Part shown: piece after piece, positions 52,244-64,000 of the stretch
Position numbering within the stretch: position 1 is the stretch's first letter
Layout of the letters: every line of letters begins with the position of its first letter
From: Gammaproteobacteria bacterium
GTDB lineage: Bacteria; Pseudomonadota; Gammaproteobacteria; UBA4575
NCBI GenBank assembly: GCA_965243395.1
Contig: CBDEUS010000001.1
Span: 1,120,001 to 1,184,000, forward strand
Direction of reading: 5' to 3'
Length of the DNA stretch: 64,000 nucleotides
The notes under the pieces: generated by a model
Told to the model about the DNA's origin: nothing
Seen by the model: the letters and a program-made list of their open reading frames with translations, nothing else
Databases searched by the model: none
Position numbers and translations under genes: made by a program

Positions 52244-53788
52244 TTAAACATCATGTTGTGGATGCGCTCTTTCTTCTGGCACAACCAATTTATTTAAAGC
52301 ATGCAAATACGCTTTTGCAGAAGCCATTACGATATCAGTATCGGCGCCATGGCCGTTTACAATTCTTCCTGCTTTTTGAAGTCGTACGGTTACTTCCCCT
52401 TGAGAGTCTGTTCCGGTTGTAATGTTATTCACCGAATAAAGTTGCAATTGCGCCTGGCTATCAACTATATCTTCAATTGCACAAAATGTAGCATCAACAG
52501 GCCCGCCTCCAGTTGAAGTAGCTGATTTTTCACTCCCATCTACTGACAAAGTAATTTCCGCACACGGTTTTTTACCCGATTCAGAATGAGCCTTTAAGGT
52601 TACTAATTTACAATAATCATTATTCTCATAGGCACTATCGGAAACTAATGCATGTAAATCTTCATCATAGATTTCATGCTTTCGGTCTGCCAAATCTTTA
52701 AAATTAGTAAATGCATTATTCAACTCTTCTTCGGTATCAAAACTAATACCTAATTCATCCAAGCGTGTTCTGAATGCATTACGACCTGAGTGTTTTCCTA
52801 AAACTATTTTGTTTGCCGCCCAACCAACATCTTCTGCACGCATTATCTCGTAGGTTTCGCGTGCTTTTAGAACGCCATCCTGATGTATACCAGACTCATG
52901 TGCGAATGCATTTGCACCGACAATTGCTTTATTTGGCTGCACAGGAAAACCCGTAATCGTCGACACCATACGAGAAGTAGGAACAATTTGCGTAGTATCA
53001 AGATCCGTTTTGCAATCAAACACATCTTGACGAGTATGAACAGTCATTACCACTTCTTCTAAGGAAGCATTTCCAGCTCTTTCGCCTAAGCCATTAATGG
53101 TACATTCAACTTGTCTAGCACCGTGCAACACTGCAGAAAGAGAATTTGCTACTGCCAAACCTAGATCATTGTGACAATGCACTGAGAATATAGCTTGATC
53201 TGAATTTGGGATATTTTCAATTAGACGGCCTACCAAACTGCCGAACTGATGCGGAATGTTATAGCCCACTGTGTCGGGAATATTAATAGTATTCGCGCCT
53301 GCATTAATAACAGCCTCAATCACACGACATAAAAATTCAAACTCAGAACGCCCTGCATCCTCAGGTGAAAATTCAACATTATCTGTAAAACCACGCGCAC
53401 GTTTGACAGCAGCAATAGCTTGATCTACTACTTGATCTTCCGTCATACGTAATTTACTTTTCATATGAATAGGTGAAGTTGCAATGAAGGTGTGAATTCT
53501 TGCAGAGTTTGCTGCTTTAAGCGCTTCTCCAGCACGATCAATATCATTGTCCAGCGCACGGGCTAAACCACAAACAGTACTGTCTTTAACTGCACCTGCT
53601 ACCGCCTGAACAGATTCAAAATCACCAACACTTGCCATGGGAAACCCTGCTTCTATGACATCTACTTGCATACGCTCTAGTGATTTTGCAATCCTTACTT
53701 TTTCATCGCGTGTCATTGAGGCACCCGGGCTTTGCTCACCATCTCGCAACGTTGTATCAAAAATTATTAATTTATCCTTGCTTGCCAC
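52244..53788 (-). CDS. leuA: 2-isopropylmalate synthase
   Basis: [32 protein letters not shown]. Likely GTG start at 53788 after GGAG. Confidence 0.97.
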   Translation of the reverse strand: MASKDKLIIFDTTLRDGEQSPGASMTRDEKVRIAKSLERMQVDVIEAGFPMASVGDFESVQAVAGAVKDSTVCGLARALDNDIDRAGEALKAANSARIHTFIATSPIHMKSKLRMTEDQVVDQAIAAVKRARGFTDNVEFSPEDAGRSEFEFLCRVIEAVINAGANTINIPDTVGYNIPHQFGSLVGRLIENIPNSDQAIFSVHCHNDLGLAVANSLSAVLHGARQVECTINGLGERAGNASLEEVVMTVHTRQDVFDCKTDLDTTQIVPTSRMVSTITGFPVQPNKAIVGANAFAHESGIHQDGVLKARETYEIMRAEDVGWAANKIVLGKHSGRNAFRTRLDELGISFDTEEELNNAFTNFKDLADRKHEIYDEDLHALVSDSAYENNDYCKLVTLKAHSESGKKPCAEITLSVDGSEKSATSTGGGPVDATFCAIEDIVDSQAQLQLYSVNNITTGTDSQGEVTVRLQKAGRIVNGHGADTDIVMASAKAYLHALNKLVVPEERAHPQHDV

Positions 53789-53958
53789 TTTTTTCTCCAA
53801 ATTCAATTATGAAATCATTTTTCATACCGCGTGGAATTAATTGAATTTTATAGAATCCGCTTGAAAAAATCTTTCAAGAACAAATCTATTAACCCGCTTA
53901 AGCGAATATGAAATAAAAAAATTGAGTGCGTAGAACCTCGCCAGGTATGGAATTGCCG

Positions 53959-54063
53959 CTAATGCGGCAGTAGGAGTAGAGATAGGAGTGCAGCAGCAGA
54001 TACTAAGGTAGCCAAACTAGCCCTAGAAAAAGTGCACAAAATTTTGAAAATTTTCCTATCCAT
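53959..54063 (-). CDS. Leucine-rich leader peptide of leuA
   Basis: MDRKIFKILCTFSRASLATLVSAAALLSLLLLPH*; Leu run CTC CTA TCT CTA CTC CTA CTG; hairpin TGCCGC-ATTA-GCGGCA over the stop. Confidence 0.7.
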   Translation of the reverse strand: MDRKIFKILCTFSRASLATLVSAAALLSLLLLPH

Positions 54064-54142
54064 AGGCTGGAATATATCGACTTCAGTATAAATATTCTAC
54101 TTATTTTTGGCTTAACGGCAGATTTTAGTCAAATAAGCCTAT

Positions 54143-54925
54143 CTATGATTCATTTTGGTTTTCATTTACCTCTTGAGCACGCTGCGGGCGCTTACGCTTA
54201 AGACGTAATAAATACGTGATGGGTCCGGACATTGCATATACTGCAAACAGGGCAAAAAATAATTTCGGCGTATCAATGGAAGCCAATATAAATCCAACTA
54301 CGATTGCAAGAAGAGCATAAAACGGTACTCGTTCCCCCGGGCTTACATCTTTGAAACTATAGTAACTAAAGTTACTCACCATTAAAGCACCGAGTATTAC
54401 CGTAATAATTAACGCAGGAATAGCAAAGTCTGCACGCGATAATTGCATATCGTGGCACACCCAAATAAAACCAACCATTGCTGCTGCAGCTGCTGGACTC
54501 GGTAAACCTTGAAAATAGCGTTTGCTGTCTTTACTGATACGCGTATTAAATCTTGCTAAGCGCAATGCTGCAGCAGCGGTATAGAAAAATGCCGCTAACC
54601 AACCAAGCTTAGACATTACTGGATAACCTTGAAAATGGATTAGCGCCCAGAAATACATTACCAGTGCAGGTGCGATACCAAATGACACCATGTCTGAAAG
54701 ACTGTCATACTGAGATCCAAATTCTGTACTCGTATGAGTTAAGCGCGCTACACGCCCATCAAACCCATCAAGTAACATGGCTACAACAATTGCAATAGCC
54801 GCTTGTTCAAAATTATCTGCTGTAGCTGCAATAATTGCATAAAACCCTGCAAATAAAGCTCCTGTGGTAAGCAGGTTTGGAAGCAAGTAAATACCTTTGC
54901 GGGGTTTGCGTTTTAATTCAGCCAT
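54143..54925 (-). CDS. pssA: CDP-diacylglycerol--serine O-phosphatidyltransferase
   Basis: LPNLLT, DGFDGRVAR...FG..YDSLSD, LRLARFN, FQGLPSP. Confidence 0.95.
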   Translation of the reverse strand: MAELKRKPRKGIYLLPNLLTTGALFAGFYAIIAATADNFEQAAIAIVVAMLLDGFDGRVARLTHTSTEFGSQYDSLSDMVSFGIAPALVMYFWALIHFQGYPVMSKLGWLAAFFYTAAAALRLARFNTRISKDSKRYFQGLPSPAAAAAMVGFIWVCHDMQLSRADFAIPALIITVILGALMVSNFSYYSFKDVSPGERVPFYALLAIVVGFILASIDTPKLFFALFAVYAMSGPITYLLRLKRKRPQRAQEVNENQNES

Positions 54926-54936
54926 ATTGTGATCTA

Positions 54937-55554
54937 TTATGAACGAGATTCATGTACAAATTCTGCCAATTTATCGCTTCCAGCGCGAACCGATTGTCCT
55001 GGCTTTATGGCTATATGGGCAGAAGTAGGTAAGTAAATCACCAAATTACAGGCAAACGCCATAAATCCACAACGCTGTCCCTGACCGAGACGGCCTCCTG
55101 TGCTTACTGAACATGTAGCGTGACGAAAAATAGATTTTAGATTTGCAGCCACAACTGCATCATCTTTTTCATCTGTTTGTATATGTATAGCAAGTTGTTC
55201 ATAAGTAGGCTCTGTAGGCGAGATGACCCATAAGTTTTGCACATTACCTTCAATTGGGCTGTGTACATTAAACTCACCAAGAGTCGCTTGTCGTAAATGT
55301 ATACATTTCGCTACACGCTGCATGTAGGGATCATAAGCTTCTTCGATATGCGTTACTTTTCCGTCAACCGGACTCACGATAGCTAAAGGTTTGGAAGGAA
55401 CTTTGCGACTGAAGTCGCGAAAGATAAATAGAAGCAAAAAATAAACAACCCAAATAAACCAAATGGATTGCAGTCCTAATTTATAGTGCGTATAGATTAA
55501 GATCACACCAATTGCAATTAAAACTATCCGAACCTCTCGTGCAATTGGAATCAT
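54937..55554 (-). CDS. psd: Phosphatidylserine decarboxylase-like protein with an atypical active site
   Basis: FRD, SPVDGKV, SPIEG, GQRCG...YLP; canonical FGS replaced by FAC. Confidence 0.7.
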   Translation of the reverse strand: MIPIAREVRIVLIAIGVILIYTHYKLGLQSIWFIWVVYFLLLFIFRDFSRKVPSKPLAIVSPVDGKVTHIEEAYDPYMQRVAKCIHLRQATLGEFNVHSPIEGNVQNLWVISPTEPTYEQLAIHIQTDEKDDAVVAANLKSIFRHATCSVSTGGRLGQGQRCGFMAFACNLVIYLPTSAHIAIKPGQSVRAGSDKLAEFVHESRS

Positions 55555-55595
55555 GATAGATTTATGACATTAACTCGTCATAAGAAAATTAAGTA

Positions 55596-56624
<1,029 letters not shown>

Positions 56625-56649
56625 TTAAAAAGTCTTAAGTATCTATTTA

Positions 56650-57150
56650 TTACATAGACTCTAATTTTAATACTTGTTTACCCGTTGCTATTCCAAGTGC
56701 ACCCGAACGCACTAGTTCTAGAATTGCATTCGAGGGTACTAATTTTATTGCGCGGTCAAGTTTTTCAGCCACTCCTGTGATTTCAACTACGACCGCACCA
56801 TCCGTTTCGTTTACGACTCTGCCTTTATATTCACCCGTTAACTGCTCAAGTACATCCTCAATTGATTTATCATCCTGTAGCTTTAAAAGCAGTACTTCTC
56901 TTTCAATATGCTCATCAGATGTCAGGTTTAGCACTTTAACAACATCTACAAGCTTATTTAGCTGATTTAGAATTTGTGCTATTACCTCGTCACTACCCCC
57001 TGTGACCACAGTTATACGAGAAACTGTAGAATCATCTGTTGGGGCAACCGTTAATGATTCAATATTGTACCCACGTGCTGAAAACAATCCTGAAACGCGT
57101 GATAGTGCTCCAGCTTCGTTCTCTAACAAAATTGAAATAATATGTCTCAT
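56650..57150 (-). CDS. ilvH: Acetolactate synthase small (regulatory) subunit
   Basis: MRHIISILLENEAGALSRVSGLFSARGYNIESL. Confidence 0.94.
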   Translation of the reverse strand: MRHIISILLENEAGALSRVSGLFSARGYNIESLTVAPTDDSTVSRITVVTGGSDEVIAQILNQLNKLVDVVKVLNLTSDEHIEREVLLLKLQDDKSIEDVLEQLTGEYKGRVVNETDGAVVVEITGVAEKLDRAIKLVPSNAILELVRSGALGIATGKQVLKLESM

Positions 57151-57184
57151 TAATCAATATAATTTTGCATTTATGTCAATACAG

Positions 57185-57221
57185 AAAAAAATGTTCTAGC
57201 CAAATGACTAGAACATTTTTT
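57185..57221 (-). terminator. Intrinsic terminator after tusA
   Basis: AAAAAAATGTTCTAG-loop-CTAGAACATTTTTT. Confidence 0.8.
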
Positions 57222-57290
57222 AATAACGAAGCGAGTAACTAAGACTGTTTAAGTCGTGACAAAGAACGCCACTAATACATTATTATTTTA

Positions 57291-57527
57291 TTACTTCTTC
57301 TTAATAAGAAAATAAAACTTGCCGTCATCTTCATTTGAATCAAGCAGTTCATTTCCTGTTTGATTTGAAAACGCTTCAAAATCTTTTACTGAGCCAGGAT
57401 CAGTAGCAATAATATGTAACACTTTGCCTGAATCCATTCCAGATAATGCTTTCTTAGCTCTTAATATTGGCAGCGGACAATTTAATCCACATGCATCTAA
57501 TTCTTGATCAAACTCAGCCATCAACAA
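57291..57527 (-). CDS. tusA: TusA/SirA sulfurtransferase
   Basis: LDACGLNCPLPIL...ATDPGS..DF. Confidence 0.88.
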   Translation of the reverse strand: MLMAEFDQELDACGLNCPLPILRAKKALSGMDSGKVLHIIATDPGSVKDFEAFSNQTGNELLDSNEDDGKFYFLIKKK

Positions 57528-57699
57528 ATACTCCTTGAAAATTCGTATGCAATATTAGCTTATGAGCGTCTAAGCCCAAAGCCAGAATAAAATATTATAA
57601 TATCATAATATTTTAATATATGGGAGATTAACGTGAATACAACCATACAATAAATACGGTATCTATATAAGCAAGTTTTAAGTGTAATGAACCGCTACA

Positions 57700-59211
57700 A
57701 TGATGCAAACGATTTGCTTCCAAGCCAGTCTTATCTGTATGCATAACAATAAAACCTCGACATTCAGAGTGATACCCCGATCTATTGGCTATAGCCTGAT
57801 CAGCTTGATACTTGTAATAAGCTCGAACATATCAATTGCCGAAGATAATCTGCCGGATATAGGTGGTGCAGCTAATGCTGCTTTAAGCATTTCAAAAGAA
57901 ATCGAGCTGGGGCAAATATTAATTGCTGAATTGCGTGGGCAATTACCAATCTCCAATGATCCAGAGTTGAGTCAATATGTTCACTCACTCGGTACTCGAA
58001 TTACTTCAGCAGGAGTCAATACAAATTTCCCCTTTACTTTTATATTAGTTAAAAACCCCGATATTAATGCTTTTGCGCTACCAGGCGGAATTGTTGCCAT
58101 CAATACAGGTTTATTAACATTGGGCGAACAAGAAAGTGAAGTTGCGAGTGTATTTGCTCATGAAATCGCACATATAACCCAACGTCATATCGCTCGTAAC
58201 TTTGCGAACGCAAAATCATTTAGCGTAATTTCTGCTCTCACTCTATTGGGTTCTATATTAGCCGCGGCCTATGGAGGCGGTGAACTTGGACAGGCAGCTA
58301 TTATTACTACACAATCTGGCTTACAAGAAAGACAGCTGGCTTATTCAAGAAGCTTTGAACAAGAAGCTGATCGAATTGGGATGCAATTTTTAGTTAGTGC
58401 CAATATTGATCCGCAAGGCATGCCTCTATTTTTTGAACGATTAAACAAACATTCTCAACTAAATCGAGGGCGAATCCCTGAATTTTTAAGTTCTCACCCT
58501 CTAACGACTAATCGCATCAGCGAATCTAAATTACGCGCGAATCAATACCAAGGCTCGTTTACTTCTAATACTATTCATTTTGATTACGCCAAAGCACGTA
58601 CAATTGCATTTACTACCAAACCACGACAATTAGTGGATCACTTTCAGAAAAAATCTAAGTCTGAAAATATAACCGATACTGAAATTTATACTTATGCTCT
58701 TGCACTCAGCCGTACAGGCAAAAATCAACAGGGTCTCCAGCAATTAAAACGCATCACATTAAATGCTGATAATGAGTTAACTATTAAACTTGCAAATGCA
58801 CAAATTCTTACCGTTGACGGTCAGTATGCTAAGGCTGAAGAATTATTAAAAAAATTGGAACAAATATATCCTTCTAACTCCTCAGTTATTTATTATCTTG
58901 CTGCTGCATTAATCGAAAACGGAAAAGCTCAATTAGCTTTACAAAAACTTGATCAACTAGACAATGTTGAACCTAAAAATCCTGCATTTGATAAATTAAA
59001 AGCCAAAGCTGCAAGCAAAGCGAATCAGCCATGGCGAAGTCATGAATCATTGAGTGATTACTATGCTGCACATGGACAATATGGAACCGCAATGGAACAT
59101 ATACAACTGTCATTACGTGCCCCAGGAATTGATGCCAGCTCTAGAGCAAGAGTAGAAGCTAAAAAGAATCAATTGCGTGAAGCACGCAAAAGACGCGACA
59201 ATTTTAAATAA
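57700..59211 (+). CDS. bepA: M48 metalloprotease with TPR (BepA/YfgC)
   Basis: LPDIG, INAFALPGG, HEIAH, EQEADRIG, SHP; divergent from tusA. Confidence 0.9.
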   Translation: MMQTICFQASLICMHNNKTSTFRVIPRSIGYSLISLILVISSNISIAEDNLPDIGGAANAALSISKEIELGQILIAELRGQLPISNDPELSQYVHSLGTRITSAGVNTNFPFTFILVKNPDINAFALPGGIVAINTGLLTLGEQESEVASVFAHEIAHITQRHIARNFANAKSFSVISALTLLGSILAAAYGGGELGQAAIITTQSGLQERQLAYSRSFEQEADRIGMQFLVSANIDPQGMPLFFERLNKHSQLNRGRIPEFLSSHPLTTNRISESKLRANQYQGSFTSNTIHFDYAKARTIAFTTKPRQLVDHFQKKSKSENITDTEIYTYALALSRTGKNQQGLQQLKRITLNADNELTIKLANAQILTVDGQYAKAEELLKKLEQIYPSNSSVIYYLAAALIENGKAQLALQKLDQLDNVEPKNPAFDKLKAKAASKANQPWRSHESLSDYYAAHGQYGTAMEHIQLSLRAPGIDASSRARVEAKKNQLREARKRRDNFK

Positions 59212-59216
59212 CTTTT

Positions 59217-59810
59217 TTAGAAGTAAGTCTTTGCAGTCTGGAGGCTATTCAGCAATTCATGATGTTGCTGCTGCAACTGGCTGCCAAGTGTGGACATTTG
59301 CTCTGTTATATTATCTTTTTCTGCAACTTCACTAGATGTCGCAGTAGTCGTTTTCACTTTACAATGCAGGTATTGGTATTTTTTTAATAAATAATTATTG
59401 TATAAAATACCATCAAGGAATGCTTTGCATTCGGTATAAAAACTACGAATTGCAATTCGCTCTTCTTGTGTAGGCAGCTTGTTGATTTCTGAAGTATCGC
59501 TTTGAAATTTATTAAAGACTTCTTCTGCACCACTCCAAAAAATAAATAAACCATTCTCGGCTTGACTCATCTCAAGCTTAGTAGAAATATCATTGCGGTA
59601 AGAGTTTAGGAATGTCGTAATATCCTGCTTATATTGTTCGCGTAGTGTTTGTATGCGCTTTAATTCTTCTCTATTTTTACGAACACGTTGTAAATTAACA
59701 TGAAATTTTTGCCAAACTTTCATTCCCCAAAGTACTAACAATAAAAATACAATGGCTACTAGTCCTGTTTTTAGATTTACAACAGATATGATCGAGTCGA
59801 CTGCATTCAT
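59217..59810 (-). CDS. Hypothetical membrane-anchored helical protein
   Basis: N-terminal TM plus predicted coiled coil; GGAG upstream. Confidence 0.6.
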   Translation of the reverse strand: MNAVDSIISVVNLKTGLVAIVFLLLVLWGMKVWQKFHVNLQRVRKNREELKRIQTLREQYKQDITTFLNSYRNDISTKLEMSQAENGLFIFWSGAEEVFNKFQSDTSEINKLPTQEERIAIRSFYTECKAFLDGILYNNYLLKKYQYLHCKVKTTTATSSEVAEKDNITEQMSTLGSQLQQQHHELLNSLQTAKTYF

Positions 59811-59959
59811 GACTCTTTTTACTCTCCAACTCCAATGGAAACAGTATTAATAACAAAAAAACAAATTGTTATTTACAGTTAATGCTGAACGGTCTATAAA
59901 TGACGATGAACGCGCTGATAAAACCAATACCCTTTTATAACATGCTGATTTATAAATAT

Positions 59960-61897
59960 TTAACGATTCATCCGATTATCAATAATATCATTGACTACGG
60001 ATGGATCTGCAAGGGTTGAAGTATCCCCAAGATTTTCAATTTCATTTTCAGCTACCTTGCGCAGAATTCTACGCATAATTTTTCCTGATCGTGTTTTTGG
60101 CAAACCTGGCGCCCACTGAATGATGTCGGGATTAGCAAAGGGTCCAATTTCTTTGCGAACGAGTTGTATTAATTCTTCTTTTAAATCATCTGAAGTTTCT
60201 ACACCAGCCATAGGTGTAACATAAGCATAAATACCCTGCCCTTTAATATCATGCGGATAACCGACTACTGCTGCTTCTGCAACTTTTGCATGTAACACCA
60301 GGGAGCTTTCCACTTCTGCTGTTCCTAACCGGTGTCCTGAAATATTTAATACATCATCTACACGACCTGTAATCCAGTAATAACCATCCGCATCACGTTT
60401 GCAGCCATCACCGCTAAAGTATTTACCTGGATATTGTGAAAAATAAGTATCAATAAAACGTTGATGATCACCATATACCGAACGCATTTGTCCTGGCCAG
60501 GGATGCTTCATAACTAAATTACCCTGACACTCGCCTTCGAGCTCATTTCCGTTTTCATCAACTATGGCAGGTTGAATACCAAAAAAGGGCTTACTGGCTG
60601 ATCCGGGTTTTAAATCAGTTGCACCTGGCAAGGGAGTTATCATGTGTCCACCCGTTTCCGTTTGCCACCAAGTATCAACAATTGGGCAACGTGAATCTCC
60701 TACTACATGGTAGTACCACTCCCAAGCTTCAGGATTAATTGGTTCACCTACGGTTCCCAACAAACGTAAACTTTTACGACTGGTTTTAGCAACGACGTCA
60801 TCACCCAAACTCATGAGTGCGCGTATTGCAGTGGGTGCGGTATAGAAGCTTGCTACATTATGTTTATCGCAAACTTGCCAAAAACGACTTCCGTCAGGAT
60901 AGTTAGGAACACCTTCAAACATCATGGTGATAGCACCATTACATAATGGTCCATACACTATATATGTATGTCCGGTGACCCAACCTACATCTGCTGTACA
61001 CCAATATACTTCACCATCATGATAATCAAATACAAATTTATGCGTGATGGCAGCATATAAAAGATAACCTCCCGTTGTATGCAAGACTCCTTTAGGTTTT
61101 CCGGTAGAACCTGATGTATACAAGATAAACATCGGATCTTCTGCGTCCATATGCTCAGGTTCACATTCTGTACTTATGTTGCTAATTAATTCGTGATACC
61201 AACAATCACGTGAGTCATGCCAGTCGATTTCACCACCAGTACGCTTTACAACAAGAACCGTTTTAACGTTTGGACATTCTTCTAGTGCCTTATCGGTATT
61301 TGCTTTAAGTGGTACTTTCTTTCCACCACGTACACCTTCATCAGCAGTGATTACGGTCTGACAATCCGAATCTAAAATTCGATCGCGCAAAGAATCAGGC
61401 GAAAATCCTCCAAATACAACAGAGTGCACTGCGCCGATACGTGTACATGCCAACATTGCATAAGCCGCTTCCGGAATCATTGGCATATAAATGCATACTC
61501 GATCGCCCTTTTTAACACCACGTGCTTTTAAAGCATTAGATAATTTGCAGACCTCTTCATGGAGTTGCTTATAAGTAATATGTTTATCATCTTTAGAATC
61601 ATCCCCTTCCCAAATAATCGCGGTTTGATCACCGCGTTTTTCCAAATGACGATCAATACAATTATAAGAAACGTTTAAACTCGCGCCCTCAAACCAACGT
61701 ATATGACCTTTGTGATAATCCCAATCTAAAACGTTGTCCCATTTTTTATACCAGCTTACAAATTCATTCGCTTGCTTTGCCCAAAATCCATCTGGGTCCT
61801 GTATCGATTCTTGATACATAGACTCATATTTTTCATTATCTATATGCGCAGTAGATGCTATTGAACTTGGAACTGGATAGATTTTATTGTCAGACAT
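59960..61897 (-). CDS. acs: Acetyl-CoA synthetase
   Basis: [33 protein letters not shown]. Confidence 0.98.
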   Translation of the reverse strand: MSDNKIYPVPSSIASTAHIDNEKYESMYQESIQDPDGFWAKQANEFVSWYKKWDNVLDWDYHKGHIRWFEGASLNVSYNCIDRHLEKRGDQTAIIWEGDDSKDDKHITYKQLHEEVCKLSNALKARGVKKGDRVCIYMPMIPEAAYAMLACTRIGAVHSVVFGGFSPDSLRDRILDSDCQTVITADEGVRGGKKVPLKANTDKALEECPNVKTVLVVKRTGGEIDWHDSRDCWYHELISNISTECEPEHMDAEDPMFILYTSGSTGKPKGVLHTTGGYLLYAAITHKFVFDYHDGEVYWCTADVGWVTGHTYIVYGPLCNGAITMMFEGVPNYPDGSRFWQVCDKHNVASFYTAPTAIRALMSLGDDVVAKTSRKSLRLLGTVGEPINPEAWEWYYHVVGDSRCPIVDTWWQTETGGHMITPLPGATDLKPGSASKPFFGIQPAIVDENGNELEGECQGNLVMKHPWPGQMRSVYGDHQRFIDTYFSQYPGKYFSGDGCKRDADGYYWITGRVDDVLNISGHRLGTAEVESSLVLHAKVAEAAVVGYPHDIKGQGIYAYVTPMAGVETSDDLKEELIQLVRKEIGPFANPDIIQWAPGLPKTRSGKIMRRILRKVAENEIENLGDTSTLADPSVVNDIIDNRMNR

Positions 61898-61936
61898 TTT
61901 TATCCCTCCATTTTACTTATAGTTTTTTTATACATT

Positions 61937-64000
61937 TTATGCGGTTAATCTTAGATATAGCATGGGCAATCGCTCGGGTAAGCGATCAATATTATCAATT
62001 ACAGCTACATTTTTTCTTCCAAAGATTTTGTGTAGATAATTATCGCCTCCTGCATCTAAGCCGACACAAAATGTATCAATTCCTAATCGCGAATTAGATC
62101 GAACGACTTTACGAGCGTCTTCGACTAAATATTTTTTATCTTTAACATCAATATCAGATGGTTCACCATCAGAAATTACAAGCAACAATCTTCGATGTGT
62201 TCTTTGAAGCATTAAATCTCTTGCTGCATGACGCATTGCAGGACCCATACGAGTTGAAAGTTTTCCAGTTAATCCTGCTAAATACGCTCGTGCAGTTGAA
62301 TCATAGTCGGTGTTAAAATTTTTAATACGATAATAATGTACATCTTCCTTACCATCAGAACAAAATGCAGTAATAGCAAACGGATCCTTTAGTTCTGACA
62401 TAGCATAGGCTAATAAAGCAGTAGATTGAATTTCAAGTTCAAGTACGGATGATCCTGATTTAGGAATACGATCGTTGGTAGAATTTGAAATATCTAATAA
62501 AACCATAACCGAGAGATCACGATGTTTGCGTTCCGTAGTGCTATATATATGTGGATCAGGTATTTCCCCCATTCTTCGACTAATAATTGCATTAATACAA
62601 GCATCTAAATCTAAAGATTCGCCAATATTTTGATGATGCAAGCGTTCGGGCAAACTTACATTCGCTGATAGAATAAGATTTGTAATACGGTTAACTAAAT
62701 TCTGGTGGTTTTCTAATATTCGCTCGATTTTATATGCATCTCCAAAATCAGGAAAATACTCGACAACACATGTCCAGTTAGGTCGCTCTGTTCCTGTTAG
62801 ATAATCATATTCGGGGTAACGTACAGCAACTTCTGATTCACGTTGTTCTTGATCCGTACTTTCCCGTGCATGATATTGTTGTTCACTTTCTTCATCATTT
62901 TCCTCTCGTTCAGTGTCAGATTGTGAACTATCTTCCTTTTCTTCTTGTTCCATACGCATTGCTTCAATAAATATACCTTGATCATCTTCTTCTGTTCCTT
63001 GTTGATCACCAAAATCCCATAAACCCAAATTGTCATCACGATAAGGTGGTTCTACTACATACGTTTTTGCATTAAATTGTGCACGTAACTGCCCTAAATC
63101 ATTACCTAAAAGCACTCCAATTTTTCTGCACAAGGTTGGGTCTGACATATCATTCGATGGATCAAAAAACATATCCCGCCCCTTTTGTATCCAGCCATCA
63201 CCATCATGGTAATTTTCATCAATAAGTGCGCGTGCTAAGCGAGCGAGCAATAGAGGAACTAATTTAGGTCCATTTGATTTAGCAACATGAAACGGCAACC
63301 AAAGTTTATGTAAGCCTGGGAATACCTGCATAGCCAGATACTCAACTCTCGCATCTTCTAATAACGACACAAGTGCGACTTGTATAGGCTTAAGCTCACC
63401 TAATGGAAATCGCTTTGTTGAGTACACTAGATGCGCACCAACATGCGCAAGACCTGCACGAAATATATTTTCTGCCTGTTCGCCATGAAAGCCTGGAAAA
63501 ACTTCTGGCACTCTAACAACACCATTGGTAATTGATATTCTTCTTAATGAAAGCGGTGCAGTCGATGCAGGAAGATCACGAATGGGCGGGCGTAAATTCC
63601 ATAACGAAATTAAGTAAAGTTTCAGTCTCCGGTCTAAATCTGTATAAACTACGTCACCCGCCTCATGGCGAAACCATTTTTCTGATTCAGGATCCGTGAA
63701 TGAAAAATATTGAATTTGTCTTAATGTATCATCACCAGTTGAGCGTAAACCCGCTAATACCCATGATTTAAACTGGGTGGGTGTCAATGTAGTGACAATT
63801 TTCTGGGTGCGCTCTAAGACTGCTAAAACTGATTCGGGTGCTGATTGAATTAATTCTTCAATAGTATTAATCCATGCAATAAAAGAAGAGTAATTATGCA
63901 AATCATGTGCAGCAATGACTGCAGCTTTTGGCAGCAACTCAGCCGTTGCACGATTTACTTTAATTGCAGCCAGGGATACGGTTGCTGCTAGATTAATTGC
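61937..64000 (-). CDS. CbbO/NorD-type VWA domain protein; 5' end off the window
   Basis: EDARVE, YRDDN, YPEYDY, MIDAS DISNS, STRMGPAMRHA, LLVISDGEP. Frame stays open to 64000. Confidence 0.85.
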   Translation of the reverse strand, partial: AINLAATVSLAAIKVNRATAELLPKAAVIAAHDLHNYSSFIAWINTIEELIQSAPESVLAVLERTQKIVTTLTPTQFKSWVLAGLRSTGDDTLRQIQYFSFTDPESEKWFRHEAGDVVYTDLDRRLKLYLISLWNLRPPIRDLPASTAPLSLRRISITNGVVRVPEVFPGFHGEQAENIFRAGLAHVGAHLVYSTKRFPLGELKPIQVALVSLLEDARVEYLAMQVFPGLHKLWLPFHVAKSNGPKLVPLLLARLARALIDENYHDGDGWIQKGRDMFFDPSNDMSDPTLCRKIGVLLGNDLGQLRAQFNAKTYVVEPPYRDDNLGLWDFGDQQGTEEDDQGIFIEAMRMEQEEKEDSSQSDTEREENDEESEQQYHARESTDQEQRESEVAVRYPEYDYLTGTERPNWTCVVEYFPDFGDAYKIERILENHQNLVNRITNLILSANVSLPERLHHQNIGESLDLDACINAIISRRMGEIPDPHIYSTTERKHRDLSVMVLLDISNSTNDRIPKSGSSVLELEIQSTALLAYAMSELKDPFAITAFCSDGKEDVHYYRIKNFNTDYDSTARAYLAGLTGKLSTRMGPAMRHAARDLMLQRTHRRLLLVISDGEPSDIDVKDKKYLVEDARKVVRSNSRLGIDTFCVGLDAGGDNYLHKIFGRKNVAVIDNIDRLPERLPMLYLRLTA

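Overview
AT-rich chromosomal window from a gammaproteobacterium, judged from the mutS-fdxA, pncC-thpR-recA-recX-alaS-lysC-csrA-tRNA-Ser/Arg and ilvH-ilvC-psd-pssA-leuA synteny; the exact taxon cannot be determined from sequence alone. The left end holds a self-regulated lexA-dinB cassette, a PLA2-like lipoprotein and an unusual tRNA-Arg(UCG). The ~30.7 kb between two near-identical tRNA-Arg genes (1964-2040 and 32754-32830) carries an msrPQ-glpK-glpQ-glpD operon, a PAS/GAF HisKA_2 kinase with an ANTAR response regulator sitting upstream of a ~360-nt highly structured leader and a secreted beta-propeller gene, an Xps-order type II secretion cluster with exeAB, and a pilin-like gene paired with a HAMP-GGDEF-EAL gene. 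The right half is mostly housekeeping: csrA, lysC, alaS, recX, recA, thpR, pncC, mutS, fdxA, addB, cmoAB, prfC, rimI, udg, leuA with a Leu-rich leader peptide, pssA, atypical psd, ilvC, ilvH, tusA, bepA, acs and a CbbO/NorD-type VWA gene. No integrase, transposase, rRNA or CRISPR array was seen. Best candidates for undescribed biology: (1) the ANTAR two-component system with its hairpin-array leader and secreted beta-propeller; (2) an alphaproteobacterial-type LexA and GTTC-N7-GTTC operator pair built into the lexA-dinB promoter; (3) an anticodon-switched tRNA-Arg(UCG); (4) the pilin plus c-di-GMP enzyme module heading the T2SS.
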